Notes: generated from the letters alone by a model not told the origin. Shown: positions 12,180-25,139, counted from the first letter of the whole stretch. The stretch: DNA of 63,208 bases, filler included, from Octopus bimaculoides (GCF_001194135.2; 4 parts of 3 records of this genome joined end to end with filler, not necessarily neighbours in it); one strand, 5' to 3'. Numbers and translations: made by a program.

Positions 12180-12860
12180 GTAAACAACACTTTCCTGCTT
12201 TCAACACCATTTTTCCACCTGTTAACAACTTCTTTGTGTTAACATCAATTTCCTCTTGTTAACACCATTTCCTACCTGCTGAAACTAACTGTGATCAATA
12301 AACATCGTTTGCTCTCTGCTAACTCCCCACCACTCTCATTAATACAACGTACCTGTTATTGCCATATCACACTCTCACCTCACTTTTACTTACAAAATCT
12401 CTGCCTTTTATTGCCACATACCATGTCCCCACTCTTATTATTACAATCTCCTGCTTTTTATTGCCATATACCACAACCTTACACTTGCTAACACTACCAC
12501 ATACCAGTTATTGCCATATAGCACCCACTCGCTCTTGTTGATACAATCTCCTACCTGTTATTGGCACATACCACCCCTTCACACTTGTTAACATTACTTC
12601 CTACATTTTATTGCTACATATTAACAGTTAACAGCACATCGCTCCTCTTGCTAGGGTTACCACCTACCAGTTAACACTATCTCTTACTTGTTCACATCCT
12701 ATCTATAAATATCAGATCACACCAGTTAATTACTTCTCACCTGTTAACACCATCTTTTATCTGTGATAAACCACCTCCCAACAGTTGACACTTCCTCTTT
12801 ATTGTTTATACCTGTTATCATATATTAACACTTCTTTACTGTTAAAACTGTGCTTATTCT
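12180..12860. repeat. Degenerate minisatellite with a 50-bp periodic core
   Basis: TTATTG(C/G) anchors at 12356, 12408, 12458, 12508, 12558, 12608. Flanks are built from related CCTGTTAACACC-type monomers. Confidence 0.85.
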
Positions 12861-13080
12861 CACCTCTTCAGTGAACTTCACCTTTAATGCTACCTGTTAG
12901 TGCTACAAAGTAATGGCAAGATACAAAGATTATCATGGAAGAAAGCCGAAAGCTCCCAGCAATGTTGAAGAAAGACAATAAAAGTATCATGGAACTAAAT
13001 AAAACTACTTGTGCCTGCAGGTCTATAGACTTGGAATTTAGAGAATAAAAGTATTGGGAATGGTATACATATGAAGAAAG

Positions 13081-13272
13081 GCAGCGATGCCTACAATGGT
13101 AGATGTTCTCACAAAGTTAAACATACTTTCCAAAGTTAATTTTCTGTCAAGGGGAAATTCATTCACAAGAACAGATGTACTTGCAAAAGTGAGTTGATAG
13201 TATAGATGCATTCCCGAGGTAGGTATACTTACAAAAGTAGATGTGCCTACAAAGATAGATGTAATCATATGG
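13081..13272. repeat. Degenerate 18-bp tandem repeat
   Basis: Units such as GTAGATGTTCTCACAAAG, ACAGATGTACTTGCAAAA, GTAGGTATACTTACAAAA, GTAGATGTGCCTACAAAG; about 11 units. Confidence 0.65.
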
Positions 13273-14360
13273 ATAAAGGTTTATTTTTACGGGTAACTGT
13301 TTCCTAAAGTAGCTGCCCCCAACCTTTTTTTTTTTTTTGCATCATGAGCTAGTTTCATGCAAGACAATTTTTCCACAAACCGAAGAATCAAGTGCATAAC
13401 AAAATACAATAAAGTGTATACTGGATTTTGAACGGGTGTGTCATGTTTAATTTTGGCTTGCATTTTCATGGAATCTAATAATGAGCAAATCACATATGAA
13501 AGCTCCTTCTAAATAGGACATCAGTCCATGGCAAGGTTAACCTTAGCTACTGGCATTCATTTTTTAAATGAGTGGATTAGAGCAATGGGAAATCAAGTGA
13601 CTTGCTCAAGGATACAATACATAGCTTGGTCCCATAATCAGATGCTCATAGACCCAATACATGAACAATTACATTTAATTAACGACAAGAAATAGACTGA
13701 TATAATGTAGTAATGGAATTCAACCATACAACCCTGGCCATTAATAAAACAGTGTTGTTTCTAAATTATGGTCAGTCTATTTTCTTTCTCAAGAGAATTG
13801 GCTTAATACAAAGAAAGCTTTGGTTTTCAAGATTAAATATAATCTTGTGCACATTCCGCCAATAGCAGATATGAAGATGGAACAAGCAGAAAATTTGTTA
13901 AAGGGCTTCAAATCAGCATGGAACAAATGGAAATGACTTAACCAACTTCACACTGACATAGCAAAGTAAAATAGAAACATCACAATATGGAATTCCCTCT
14001 ATGTGACTGTGGAATAGTCTAAATCATGTATTACCAATGATTCTGTTACATTAATAGTCAAGGTTGTATAGTTAGATTGTATTAACTCATTATATCAATC
14101 TGTTTCATATTGTTAATTAAACTTAATTGTTAGGGTGTGAGGCCTGCATTTGTAAGGAAGTGCATTTCATTACATGACCAAGCTATGAATTGCATTCTTA
14201 AGCAAAGCATTTGATTTCACATTGCCCTAATCCACACACCTACAAATGAATGCCAGCAGCTGGGGTTAACCTTTTCATGGACTGATGCCCTACTTAGAGG
14301 GAGCTTTTGTATGTGATTTGCATGTTATTAGATTCCATGAAAGTGCAAGCCAAAATTATA

Positions 14361-15649
14361 TCAGGTCGTCCCATAAGTTCTGTCCAATTTTACCTTTTTT
14401 AAAATTGAATGAAATTTAATAGTATTTTATAATGTCTAATGGAATTTAAAATTATTTTTATGCATTCGTGTACATTTAAGCTAATTAAATATTATTTTAC
14501 AGAATAATAGAATTAAAATTTCTTCGATTAAAACCCTTTCTAACATGGAAGTATCCAAAGAGCATTTGAGGTACATAATGCTTTATGAGTTCAAAAAAAG
14601 GAAACTCTGCAGCCGAAGCGAATCAAAACAAACACTCAGTTTATGGGAAAGAATGCTTGAATGAAAGAACTTGCAGAAGATGGTTTGCAAAATTTAGAAG
14701 TGGAGATTTCAGCCTTGAAGATAAAGATCGAACAGAATGTCCAGTTGAGTTTGATGATAAGCTCCTTGAGGCATTATTTGAAGAAAATCCTTCATTATCA
14801 GTTGAAGAATTGGTGAAAAAGCTTAGTTCAAACCATACAACTGTTCATCATCATTTTCAACAACTTGGAAAGGTTCCTAAACTTGTAAAATGGGTGCCTC
14901 GTGAATTGTCCGAAAGCAACCACAAATCCTGAGTTGACATCTGCTTTTCTCTCCATTCTCATGAACTCATTTCATCCTTTTTGGATCGACTTGTGACTGG
15001 TGATGAAAAATGGATCTTCTATTGAAATGTGAAACGTCATAAACAGTGGCTTGGTTAAAAAGAAAAAGCTCAACCACAACCGAGAAGGGAATTTCATGGA
15101 AAAAAGGTTCTTCTCTCTATCTGGTGGGATTGCAAAGGTGCAATTCACTTTGAATTGTTACCACCTAATGCAACAATCGATGCTCAAGTCTACTGTCATC
15201 AATTAGAGCATTTGAACCAAGCTTTGAAGAAAAAAAGACCCACTTTAGTGAATCGAAAAGGAGTGATGTTTCATCAGGACAATGCGCGACCCTGCACTGC
15301 AAAGATCACATCACAGAAGATCGAAGATCTTGGTTGGGAAAAAATTCCTCATCCACCTTATTCTCCCAACCTTGCTCCTTCAGACTACCATTTGTTTCAT
15401 AGTTTACAGAAACATTTGGGGAACATAACTTTCGCAAGTCAGGAGGAGGTCGAAACTGACATTTCAGAGTTCTTCGCTTGGAAACCAAAAACGTTTTACA
15501 TTGATGGGATTAAAAAGCTTGTAAATAGATGGAAGGAAGTCATAGATAATCAGGGAAAGTACATTGATGATTAAATTTCTATTAAATGTAACATTTGATC
15601 ACTTGTTTGCTTCATTCAAAATTCGGACAGAACTTATGGGATGACCTGA
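14361..15649 (+). mobile_element. Full-length mariner element (DD34D) with inactivated transposase
   Basis: TA target duplication (14359-14360, 15650-15651) and TIRs TCAGGTCRTCCCATAAGTTCTGTCC. The transposase at 14545-15574 has WVPREL, VTGDEKW, HQDNARP and YSPNLAPSDY, one frameshift in an A7 run and at least 3 stops. Confidence 0.97.
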
Positions 15650-15654
15650 TAAAC

Positions 15655-16140
15655 GATATACCAATTCAAAAGCCAGTTCTGCAGTATTTGTGAAAGAGGA
15701 AACACAAGAATCACCATCAGGAACATCGATGATGATATCGACTTCTTGTTTAGTCACTCCTTCATTGAACAATATGGGAAAGTAATCAGTGTAGTGATGA
15801 CTTCCTGTGATTTGTGGCTGCATTGTTTCCCCATAGACATTATAAGACCTTATCATCCTGCAGGAATACAAAACAATACAGAAACTATACTTGTAAAGAT
15901 TCAGAAATGGAGTAGATCTCCGCTCATGCTGACTAAGTACAAGAAACTCTTGAGGATATATTGGGAAAAATCTTTTTGATTGAAAAAAAGCAAAAGTTAT
16001 AACACTAAATGCTGTTTTTTGAAAACTGAAGATTCAGCCAAAACACCGGCTGAAGTTAACAGACATGCCATGAACTCTACATTTATGCCCCAGTACATGG
16101 GTCGAAGAAATACAAGAATGATGATGACAAAAGACACTGA
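15655..16140 (+). pseudogene. Possible decayed LINE ORF1 (Tx1/L1-like) remnant
   Basis: RITIRNIDDDIDFLFSHSFIEQYGKVISVV resembles an RRM-like ORF1 motif from memory. Frames are interrupted and the similarity is weak. Confidence 0.2.
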
Positions 16141-16424
16141 AAACAATGTAAATTCATGGCCATAATCATTTATGTATCACATGTGGGTGAGTGAACAAAG
16201 CAAGGCCTATGGCCAGTGGTGTCTAAATGGATTTGCAAGTCCAAATGACCCTTGAAGGTCAAAGAGCCCAGTCAAAGGTGCTTAAACAAAGGACATGAGG
16301 TTAATGATGCAAGAGAAAAATCCTGCCTAGTAAAAATCACCCCGTAGTAAAAATCATAGTAAAAATCGCCTCAAAGCTGAATAGCCACAAGAACATGGAA
16401 GACTTAACAAAAATGAATAGTTGT

Positions 16425-16845
16425 AGGCATGGCTGTGTAGTAAGAAACTTGCTTCCCAACCACATGGTTTTGGATTTAGTCCCACTGCATGACAATAGTA
16501 GAAGACACCTTAGGCAAGTGTCTTCTACTATAGCCTCGGGCTAGCCAAAGCTTTGTGAGTGGATTTGGTAGCTGGAAACTGAAAGAAGCTTGTTATGTAT
16601 ATATAAGCATATATTTATGTGTGTGCCTTTGTGTCTGTGTTTGTCCCCTCATCACCACTTGACAACCGATGCTGGTGTGTTTATGCCCTCATAACTTAGT
16701 GGTTCAGCAAAAGAGGCCAATAGAATCAGTACTAGGCTTTAAAAAAAATAAGGCCTAGGTTCAATTTGTTCAACTAAAACCATTCAAGATGGTGCTCCAG
16801 CATAGCCACAGTCAAATGACTGAAAACAAGCAAAAGAATAAAAAA
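16425..16845 (+). mobile_element. SINE family A, full-length
   Basis: tRNA-like head (GGCATGGCTGTGTAGTAAG..GATTTAGTCCC), internal TA/TG tract, 3' half ending AAGCAAAAGAATAAAA. Confidence 0.9.
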
Positions 16846-17757
16846 ATAAGCAAAAGTTATCATCAACTGTAACAGCAAAAGAGTAACAGCCCTTAGGTAT
16901 CCCACCCTCATGACCAAACCCTTGGAGATGGCAAGATAAATTGCTTTATACCCAGACAAAATTTTGTGCCCTTACCATACTAACAACATCGTGTCATTGA
17001 AAAGAAATGATAGCTGCAAATGAAAATGTACAAATTGTCAGTAAAATCATGGAAGGAAAAAAAATATGTCTGAAATAATGAAGGCTTGAGATAAAACAAG
17101 TTAAATGAATGAAAAGAAACAATTTCTTCAAAGCAACAATGATGCCACTCCACAGAAAAATAACAAGGAAAATGAAGAGGCTGAATATGAACTAAGATTT
17201 ACTGCTCTTCAAACATTAGGAAGACAATTAATAGAAGCAAATTACACTTCTGTGGTGTCACAAACTTTCCAAAGAAGTTAGAATGACAAGAAAAAGTTAG
17301 CTTCAGAATATAAGTAACATGCAAAAGATAGATAGATAAAAATAAAACTAAGACATTACAATTAACTTAAAAGAGCATACTCTGAAAAGAACAGAATTTT
17401 TCAATACTAAATGTCTCAAAAAATGCTTACTGGTGCATTTGGTTGCACTTGTACTCTATTTGAGAAAGGACTAGTCAATCATGAAGGATCATGGAGTTCT
17501 ATAACCTAACCCAACCAGTAATCTTCCATGTATTACTTCCTTTTAATTGTATCTTTTACCCAAATTTTGTTTATTTCTGTGCAAAGTTATGTGATTTTAA
17601 AATCTCAGTACATTCATTCATACATTGTATAACATCTCTCACTCCGCGATTTTGTATTTGTAAACTTGATTTTCAGTTCATTTTCTATTTCTTTGTAACC
17701 CTTAGTGAAAGTTTCATAATTTTTTTATCTCTTGAAGCCCTTGTGACTAATAAGAAT

Positions 17758-17782
17758 ATTACTATTATTATTATTATTATTA

Positions 17783-17844
<62 letters not shown>

Positions 17845-17846
17845 TC
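17758..17846. repeat. (ATT)n microsatellite
   Basis: Direct tandem repeat. Confidence 0.97.
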
Positions 17847-18323
17847 CTAGCTGGTTGTTTCTATTCTTTTGAACATATTATTTTTTGTGTTATTCAACTT
17901 TATTCCTTTTTTTTTTTATCAATTTCCTTTTTTTTTTATTTTCTCTTTTCCAGTAATCTTGGCTAGAAGAGTATTGTTAGAACTGCTCAGCAAGTTTGCA
18001 TTCTCCACTTGGCAATTATCAAGGAGAGGGGAGGAAAATAAACAAGAAAATAACAATATGAAAACACAAGCAAAAATAAATAATGACTTTGTGAAGTGGT
18101 AGTCAAAGTTTTGCTTCAAATCTTGGATTAACTTTGCAAATGGTGGGGGTGGAAGTAAAGTAGAAGTAATAGTAGCAGCAACAGTAGTAATAGTAGCAGC
18201 AATAGTAGTAATAGTAGAAGTAGTAGCAACAGTAGCAGTAACATATTTAGTTGTTGTTGCAGTTCTTTATTAGCTCTTTCTTTCTTCAAGTACGCTTTCT
18301 TTTTATTCATAAGCTTTTGTGGT

Positions 18324-18376
<53 letters not shown>

Positions 18377-18449
18377 TATATATATACATATATATATATA
18401 TACACACACACACATATATATATACACATATATATATATATACATATAC

Positions 18450-18496
<47 letters not shown>

Positions 18497-18572
18497 GACA
18501 CACACACACACATATATATATGTATATATGTATATANNNNNNNNNNNNNNNNNNNNNNNNNNNNNNNNNNNN

Positions 18573-18630
<58 letters not shown>

Positions 18631-20093
18631 CATATATACATATATATATGTGTGAGTGTTTAGTTATTTTACAAGAAAGGTTACTGTGGTCTGGCTGGCT
18701 ACTTTCTACCATCATTAACATCATCATCATTGTTAACAATAACAGCAACTATAACTAATATTTCACACACATGCACACATATATGCATATACAAAAAAAC
18801 AAACAAACCGACAACAAAACGTTAAAAAAATAGCATTAGGGATACCGACTGTAACTGCAGCAGCAAGCTCTGCCATTGCAACCATGGTTAAAAAAAAAAA
18901 AAAGCAGCAACTACTACTAGTATAACAGCAGCAGCAGCAACAACAGTTTAAAGCTAAGCAAAAGGAATAAAGCAATATCAATAATTAGGAAGAATTTTTG
19001 TAAAAATCAATGAGTAACTTATTTTAATTAGACGAAAACTTGTGATGCTTCTCAGATAGTTTGAGTGCACTTGAAAACAATCATGAATTTTTGTGACAAG
19101 CACAGAGAAATGGAGCAGAAGAACAAAGCAGTGAAAATGAAATATATCAAATAATAAATCTCAAGTGTTATATTGCTAGAGAAAAACCAGTGAAGACAAG
19201 ACTTTTCTAGAACAATAGAATAATAGTATAGCATGAATCTATTTCATATATGTTCTGTTGGAGATTTTAATTAATAAACAAAATAAAGATTTTTTTTTTT
19301 TTTTCTTTTTTTAAATGGCAAGTATCTCTCAATATGAATCACTGCTTACCACCGACACTAACTACAGTTATAATAACAATAGCAGTGAAACAGAGAGAAC
19401 CAGCAATCCTTTTATAACCACCTTTAGACCTCAAAAATCCAATTGAAAACTATTGTAAGTATTATAGAAAACAATTAGCAGCATCAATAACTGCAATAGT
19501 GACCTCACTGTATCGCTTATATATTATACACACTGATTTACAAACATCAAATAACATTTCCCACGTATATTAACAATAAGCATTTTTCATCATACATTTC
19601 TGCAATGCCATCATCATCATCATCATCATAATCATCTGCAACAGCAGCAGTCATTGCAAACTACACAGATATAGCAGAATCATAAAACACCACTTAATGC
19701 ACCTGTTATCTAAACAATGATTTAATGTTCTTGAAACAAAATGTAAATCATAGGCTTCTTAGAAAAACCTTCAATATATCTCTGTTATCCATCCACTCAA
19801 GATGATTTCTGACCTCTTCACTGAGGCAATAAACTACCATCAAACTTATTGCAGCATGAAGTCAAGGACTGAACGAAAAGTAATTTCGTTCACCATGGTA
19901 ACCACGATTGATATGAAAGACAGCCAAAACAAGGTAAAAATGACTTTAGGGATTGCTTTTTGGTAAATTTTTTTTTTTTAAGAGCTTCTACACTTACATT
20001 ATCCATTTCCTCTGCTTTTGTTATAGAGTTAATTTGTCATCCAGTTTGATGCCACCACCTGGCCTTTGGTTGCCTTTCTTTTTGTTTTAGAAT

Positions 20094-20271
20094 TACTATA
20101 TTTTAATGTGCATAAGGAACCCTCGTGTATTCGGAACCACCTAATTTGGAAATTTGAGGAATTAAGTGATTTATTAATATCTATAAAACTATCCATGTAT
20201 AAGAAACTCCCATATTTTTTAAACCTAATTTATGACAAAAAAGGATTACTTATACATGTTAAAATATGGTA
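20094..20271. mobile_element. Small Tc1/pogo-like MITE
   Basis: TACTATATTTTAATGTGCATAAGGAACCC versus the reverse complement of the right end, TACCATATTTTAACATGTATAAGTAATCC; TA termini. Confidence 0.6.
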
Positions 20272-21340
20272 ATTTGTCATCAAGCTTAATGCCACCATCT
20301 ACCTTTTAACAGAGTACACTCAGTTGGAGGTGTCTAGAGTGAAAATAATCCCCACCCCAGTCTTAAGGGCTCTAAATATGGTCATGGGTGTCACTCATTT
20401 TCATCTGACAAAATCATAGAAAAAATGTAGGGGAATATGAGAGAGATCTGATTACCACTTCTTGTTGGCCATGTGATAAAACAAAGGTTCCTTTAGAGAT
20501 TCTCATTTTGTAAGTTATTGCAGAGAGAAGACTTGTAACATTGAGTTTCCTATGGTTTGTTTTGGCCATCTTCATGCTGATGCCTAGTGTGAAAAACATA
20601 GCTGGAAAAGGAAATTCAGATAGGTGGAGTTCTAGACATGAATAGGTAAAAGTATTTAGTGGATGACAAGAGTAAAATTGACATTTTTAGTTGCATGTTA
20701 AGAGCACGGTACACATGACTCTGTCCTTTGGTGAATAAAATCTAGGAAACAAAGCAACGAGTCTTTGGCAGCAACACTTAGTCTATAGAAGAGTTTGACA
20801 GGCAAGTTCAGTCAGCAATCTGACGTTCTGGACATCTGTCCTCTGTTAGAGCGTGAGGAAGTTATGTTGTAGGAAGTAAATGGCGAAGGAATTGCAGTAA
20901 AAGAGTGCTGCACAGAGAGAGAGAGGAAAAGAGAGAGAAGGGGAACCGAAAGAGAGAAGTGATATGAGAGCATCAGAGATCTAAGATGTGGAGAATGACA
21001 TAGATAAAGACAGGTAGGGAAGAGAGAGGGTAGCAAGTGCCAAAACTTCATGCAAAGCATAAAGAAAAAGTGGTATAGAGGTAAGGAAGGGGACGAGGGA
21101 AAATGATAAGGAAAGGGCTCAGTCTTAAGACAACTTAGAAAGATATATAAAATATTAGTAAATACATAATAGATTGCATGAAACCTTAAAAGAAAAACTG
21201 GATTGAGATACCTGAGGATGCCTACTACATGATAAACAAGCAGCAAAGCATGTCACCTTAGACAAGTGTCTTCTACTATAGCCCAGGCCAATTAATGCCT
21301 TGCAAGTGAATTTGGTGAATGGAAACAGTGTGGTATCCTG

Positions 21341-21385
<45 letters not shown>

Positions 21386-21485
21386 NNNNNNNNNNNNNNN
21401 NNNNNNNNNNNNNNNNNNNNNNNNNNNNNTTAATTAATTAANNNNNNNNNNNNNNNNNNNNNNNNNNNNNNNNNNNNNNNNNNNN

Positions 21486-21526
<41 letters not shown>

Positions 21527-21599
21527 ACATGTATACATTTATGTCACTATCTATCTATCTATCTATCTATTTGCCTATCTGAAAGGTTCATCCGTCGCA

Positions 21600-21748
21600 G
21601 GGTTATCCATTTACAGCTGAGTGGACTGGGGTAATGTGAAATGAAGTGTCTTGCTCAAGAACACAATGCGCCGCCCGGTCTGGGAATTGAACCTACGATC
21701 TAACGATCGTGCGTACAACACCCTAACCACTAGGTTATGCTCCTTCAC
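21600..21748 (-). mobile_element. SINE family D head (tRNA-derived)
   Basis: Reverse complement TAGTGGTTAGG (A box)..GGTTCAATTCCC (B box)..TTGAGCAAGACACTT..CCAGTCCACTCAGCTGTAAATGG. Confidence 0.8.
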
Positions 21749-22776
21749 GTGCTTGTACGCGCGCGCGCACACACACGCATGTATCTATATATATATATGT
21801 GCATATAATCAGTCGTTCTTCATTGGTACTGCATTACTTCGACCCCAGAAGAATGAAAAATAAATTCATCCAAGGTATGATTTGATCCCAGAATCTAAGA
21901 GATAACTACATACGGTAATTCGATCAGCTTTTGGATTAATTAATTAATTATTTCGAGCGTAGACCCAAGGTCACTTATATTCGTGGGAAGGACGGTTTTA
22001 GACAAATATATCGATGATCCCCCTCCACCCCTAGTATTGACTGATGCATTATTATAGCGACCCCGAAAGAATGAAATGCAAGATCGGCCCCGATGGGATT
22101 TGAACTCACACTACTTTTTAAGTACGTTATTGTTACCGCTAACACATTTTAAATATCAGCTTTCTTGTATTGAATTGGAACAGAAGCACAACACGATATA
22201 TCGAACAATTAGTAACCCGTGAATATACCACGAAAAAGTACACATACACACCAAATATGTATTCAGTAACTATATACTTTAAAGAAAAATTTTCAAAATT
22301 CCCTGATGACCGCGAAGCTTGAAACGTAATGTAGGCTCATAAGAGAACATAGAATAAAATATTGAAAAACAAAAAAGCAAAAGCAAAACACTACTGGTTT
22401 TATAAAGCAATTGTTAACCTGAATGCTGTGAAATACTTTTTAAACTCATTGTGAAATCTAATCGTAACAACGATGATAAATTAATAGCTGTAGGTAGCGG
22501 GCAGCTAAATACTTCAAGAAATAATTGGATCAGATTTTTAATAGTTAAGCATCTGAAACTATAGTAATAAACTAAAATAAACACAGAAGTAGTTACCGTA
22601 TGTATGTTCCTACTTACAAGGCCACCCATTAATTAAACAGGTTCCTCTTTCTCCTTTCTCATTTCCGTAATCCAGCGGTTCTCAACCGTTATTTACTCGT
22701 GGTTCTCTTGGATTTCTATCTTACCCGAATGCTCCCTCATAGCCACTAGATGGTTAATGAACCCTACTATATAAGT

Positions 22777-23180
22777 GCAGGCGTGGTAAGAAGTTTGCTT
22801 CCCAACCACATGGTTCCAGGTTCAGGTGAGCTGACAGAAAACGTTAGCACGCCGGGCGAAATGCTTAGCGGTTTTTCGTCTGCTGTTACGTTCTGAGTTC
22901 AAATTCCGCCGAGGTCGACTTTGCCTTTCATCCTTTCGGGGTCGATAAATTAAGTACCAGTTGCGCACTGGAGTCAATGTAATCGACTTAATCCCTTTGT
23001 CTGTCCTTGTTCGTTCCCTCTATGTTTAGCCCCTTGTGGGTAATAAAGAAATAACATGGTTCCGGGTTCAGTCCCACTGCGTGGCACCTTGGGAAAGTGT
23101 CTTGTACGATAGCCTCGGGCTGACCGAAGCCTTGTGATTGGATTTAGTTGACGGAAACTAAAAGAAGTCCGTCGAATATA
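22777..23180 (+). mobile_element. SINE A head interrupted by a nested SINE B (22826-23054)
   Basis: 17-bp duplication CATGGTTCCRGGTTCAG at 22809-22825 and 23055-23071 flanks the insert. Confidence 0.9.
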
Positions 23181-23530
23181 AGACACACACCCGCATTCTA
23201 TACTTATATACACACACATACATATACACACACATACATACATACATACATACATACATACATACATAGCACCGCCGCATNNNNNNNNNNATAGGCATGT
23301 CCATGTATATATGCATATATGTATGTGTGTATGTGTGTGTATGTATGTAAGCTTGCGTCTATGTATGTACATAGTGAACAGGAATACTTCAACACGGGTT
23401 GGAATAAATAAAGATATAAGTTAACCTTCCTAGACAGTGTTTATAGTAAACATTATTTTTTCTTTCTTGTACTTTTCGCAGCGAGTCTAAGAATGTGTTT
23501 ACTAAAACCACATGCTCCTAAGTCCGACTT

Positions 23531-23582
<52 letters not shown>

Positions 23583-23630
23583 GCATAAACTCATACATCC
23601 ACTTGCATAAACGACAATGTATGTTACATA

Positions 23631-23939
23631 TAGAGGCTGTTCAAAAAGTCTCTCCGCAGTAAATATTTTATTGCAAAATGAATGTTTCTAAGACTGCAAA
23701 ATAATATTATTAGACTTCAGAAGACTACAAAATAATATATTAGACTTCAGAAGACTTAAAAAAAACTTTAAAAGAGGTTTTGAAAGTGTCGTCCTTCATT
23801 TTCAATACAGAAGTTGACTCTTCTACACTACACATGATTTGAAATACAACTTGGAGAGTCTGAGCATTGGAGAGTCTGAGCCTTGGAGAGTGAGAATGAA
23901 AAGATATTCACTGCGGAGAGACGTTTTGAACACCCAATA
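23631..23939. mobile_element. Tc1/mariner-type MITE
   Basis: TA termini and ~35-bp TIRs (..TGTTCAAAAnGTCTCTCCGCAGTrAATAT). Internal tandem duplications TTAGACTTCAGAAGACT x2 and TTGGAGAGTCTGAGC x2-3. Confidence 0.85.
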
Positions 23940-25139
23940 TATANNNNNNNNNNNNNNNNNNNNNNNNNNNNNNNNNNNNNNNNNNNNNNNNNNNNNNNNN
24001 NNNNNNNNNNNNNNNNNNNNNNNNNNNNNNNNNNNNNNNNNNNNNNNNNNNNNNNNNNNNNNNNNNNNNNNNNNNNNNNNNNNNNNNNNNNNNNNNNNNN
24101 NNNNNNNNNNNNNNNNNNNNNNNNNNNNNNNNNNNNNNNNNNNNNNNNNNNNNNNNNNNNNNNNNNNNNNNNNNNNNNNNNNNNNNNNNNNNNNNNNNNN
24201 NNNNNNNNNNNNNNNNNNNNNNNNNNNNNNNNNNNNNNNNNNNNNNNNNNNNNNNNNNNNNNNNNNNNNAAATATCAACACAGAAACACTCGTTTATACA
24301 CATATACAGACGTGTCGGTCTATCAGTTTATCTATTTGTCTATCTGTTTGTCTCTCTGTCTACGTTTTTACTGACCTATATACGTAACGTCTATCTATCT
24401 ATCTATCTATCTATCTATCCTTATAACGGGTTTCCACGCAGTTTCCGTCCACCAAATTCACTGACAAGGTATTGGACAGCCCGAAGCAATAATAGAAGCC
24501 AACTTGCTCAAGGTGCATCGCAGTAGGACCGAACTCAGAACCATGTGGTTGCGAAACAAACTTCTGGACCACACAACCATTGGACTGCGGCCATGCTGGA
24601 TCACCACTTTTAAGGCTTTTAGTCGAACCAATTGTTTTAAAGTCTGGTATTTATTCTATCGGTTTCTTTTGTCGAACCGTTATTTACATATTAATTGCAT
24701 CATCTCTCATGTAGAGAAGAAAGTCAATCTCTCTCTCTTTCACTCACTCTTTCCCCCCCATCTCTCTCTCCATGTTTTTCTTGTGATTCAATAAGACATG
24801 TTAAGTCATTCTTCTAACCCCGTTCCGCCTTTTTGTTCGCTTTTAAAACTCTTTTTTGTTTAACGAAAAAAGAAAAGAAATAAACCAATTCCTTTGTCTT
24901 CATTCTTTTTCTTTCCTGTCTTCAATTTAATCTCATAACTTGTTCTTCTCGTTGCTCTTCTCCACCTCCTCCACCTCCTCTTCCTCCTCCTCCTCTTCTT
25001 CTTCCCTCCTGTCAATCCCCTCTTCTTTACTCACCTCTCATTGATTTTGCTGTTATTGTTCTTTTTCTTCTTCGTCTTCTTCTCCTGCTCTTTTCCTCTT
25101 GTTTCTCATATTCCTTTTCCTTCCTTTTCTTCGTTGTAA

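Noticed and set aside
12340-12625. CRISPR-like repeat/spacer appearance
   Set aside because: The spacers are homologous to each other, the repeat is short and non-palindromic, there are no cas genes, and the context is eukaryotic. It is a minisatellite.
19800-19935. Open frame MISDLFTEAINYHQ..DSQNK ending at AAG|GTAAAA
   Set aside because: No clear acceptor or homology; consistent with chance.
21430-21441. TTAATTAATTAA island, also at 36946-36957 and 58938-58949
   Set aside because: Each sits in the middle of a 100-bp gap (44 N + 12 + 44 N). This is a scaffolding placeholder with stop codons in all six frames, not biology.
22303-22328. Canonical CTGATGA..GAAACGTA hammerhead core
   Set aside because: The flanks cannot form helix I and helix II is weak. 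At most an old relic.
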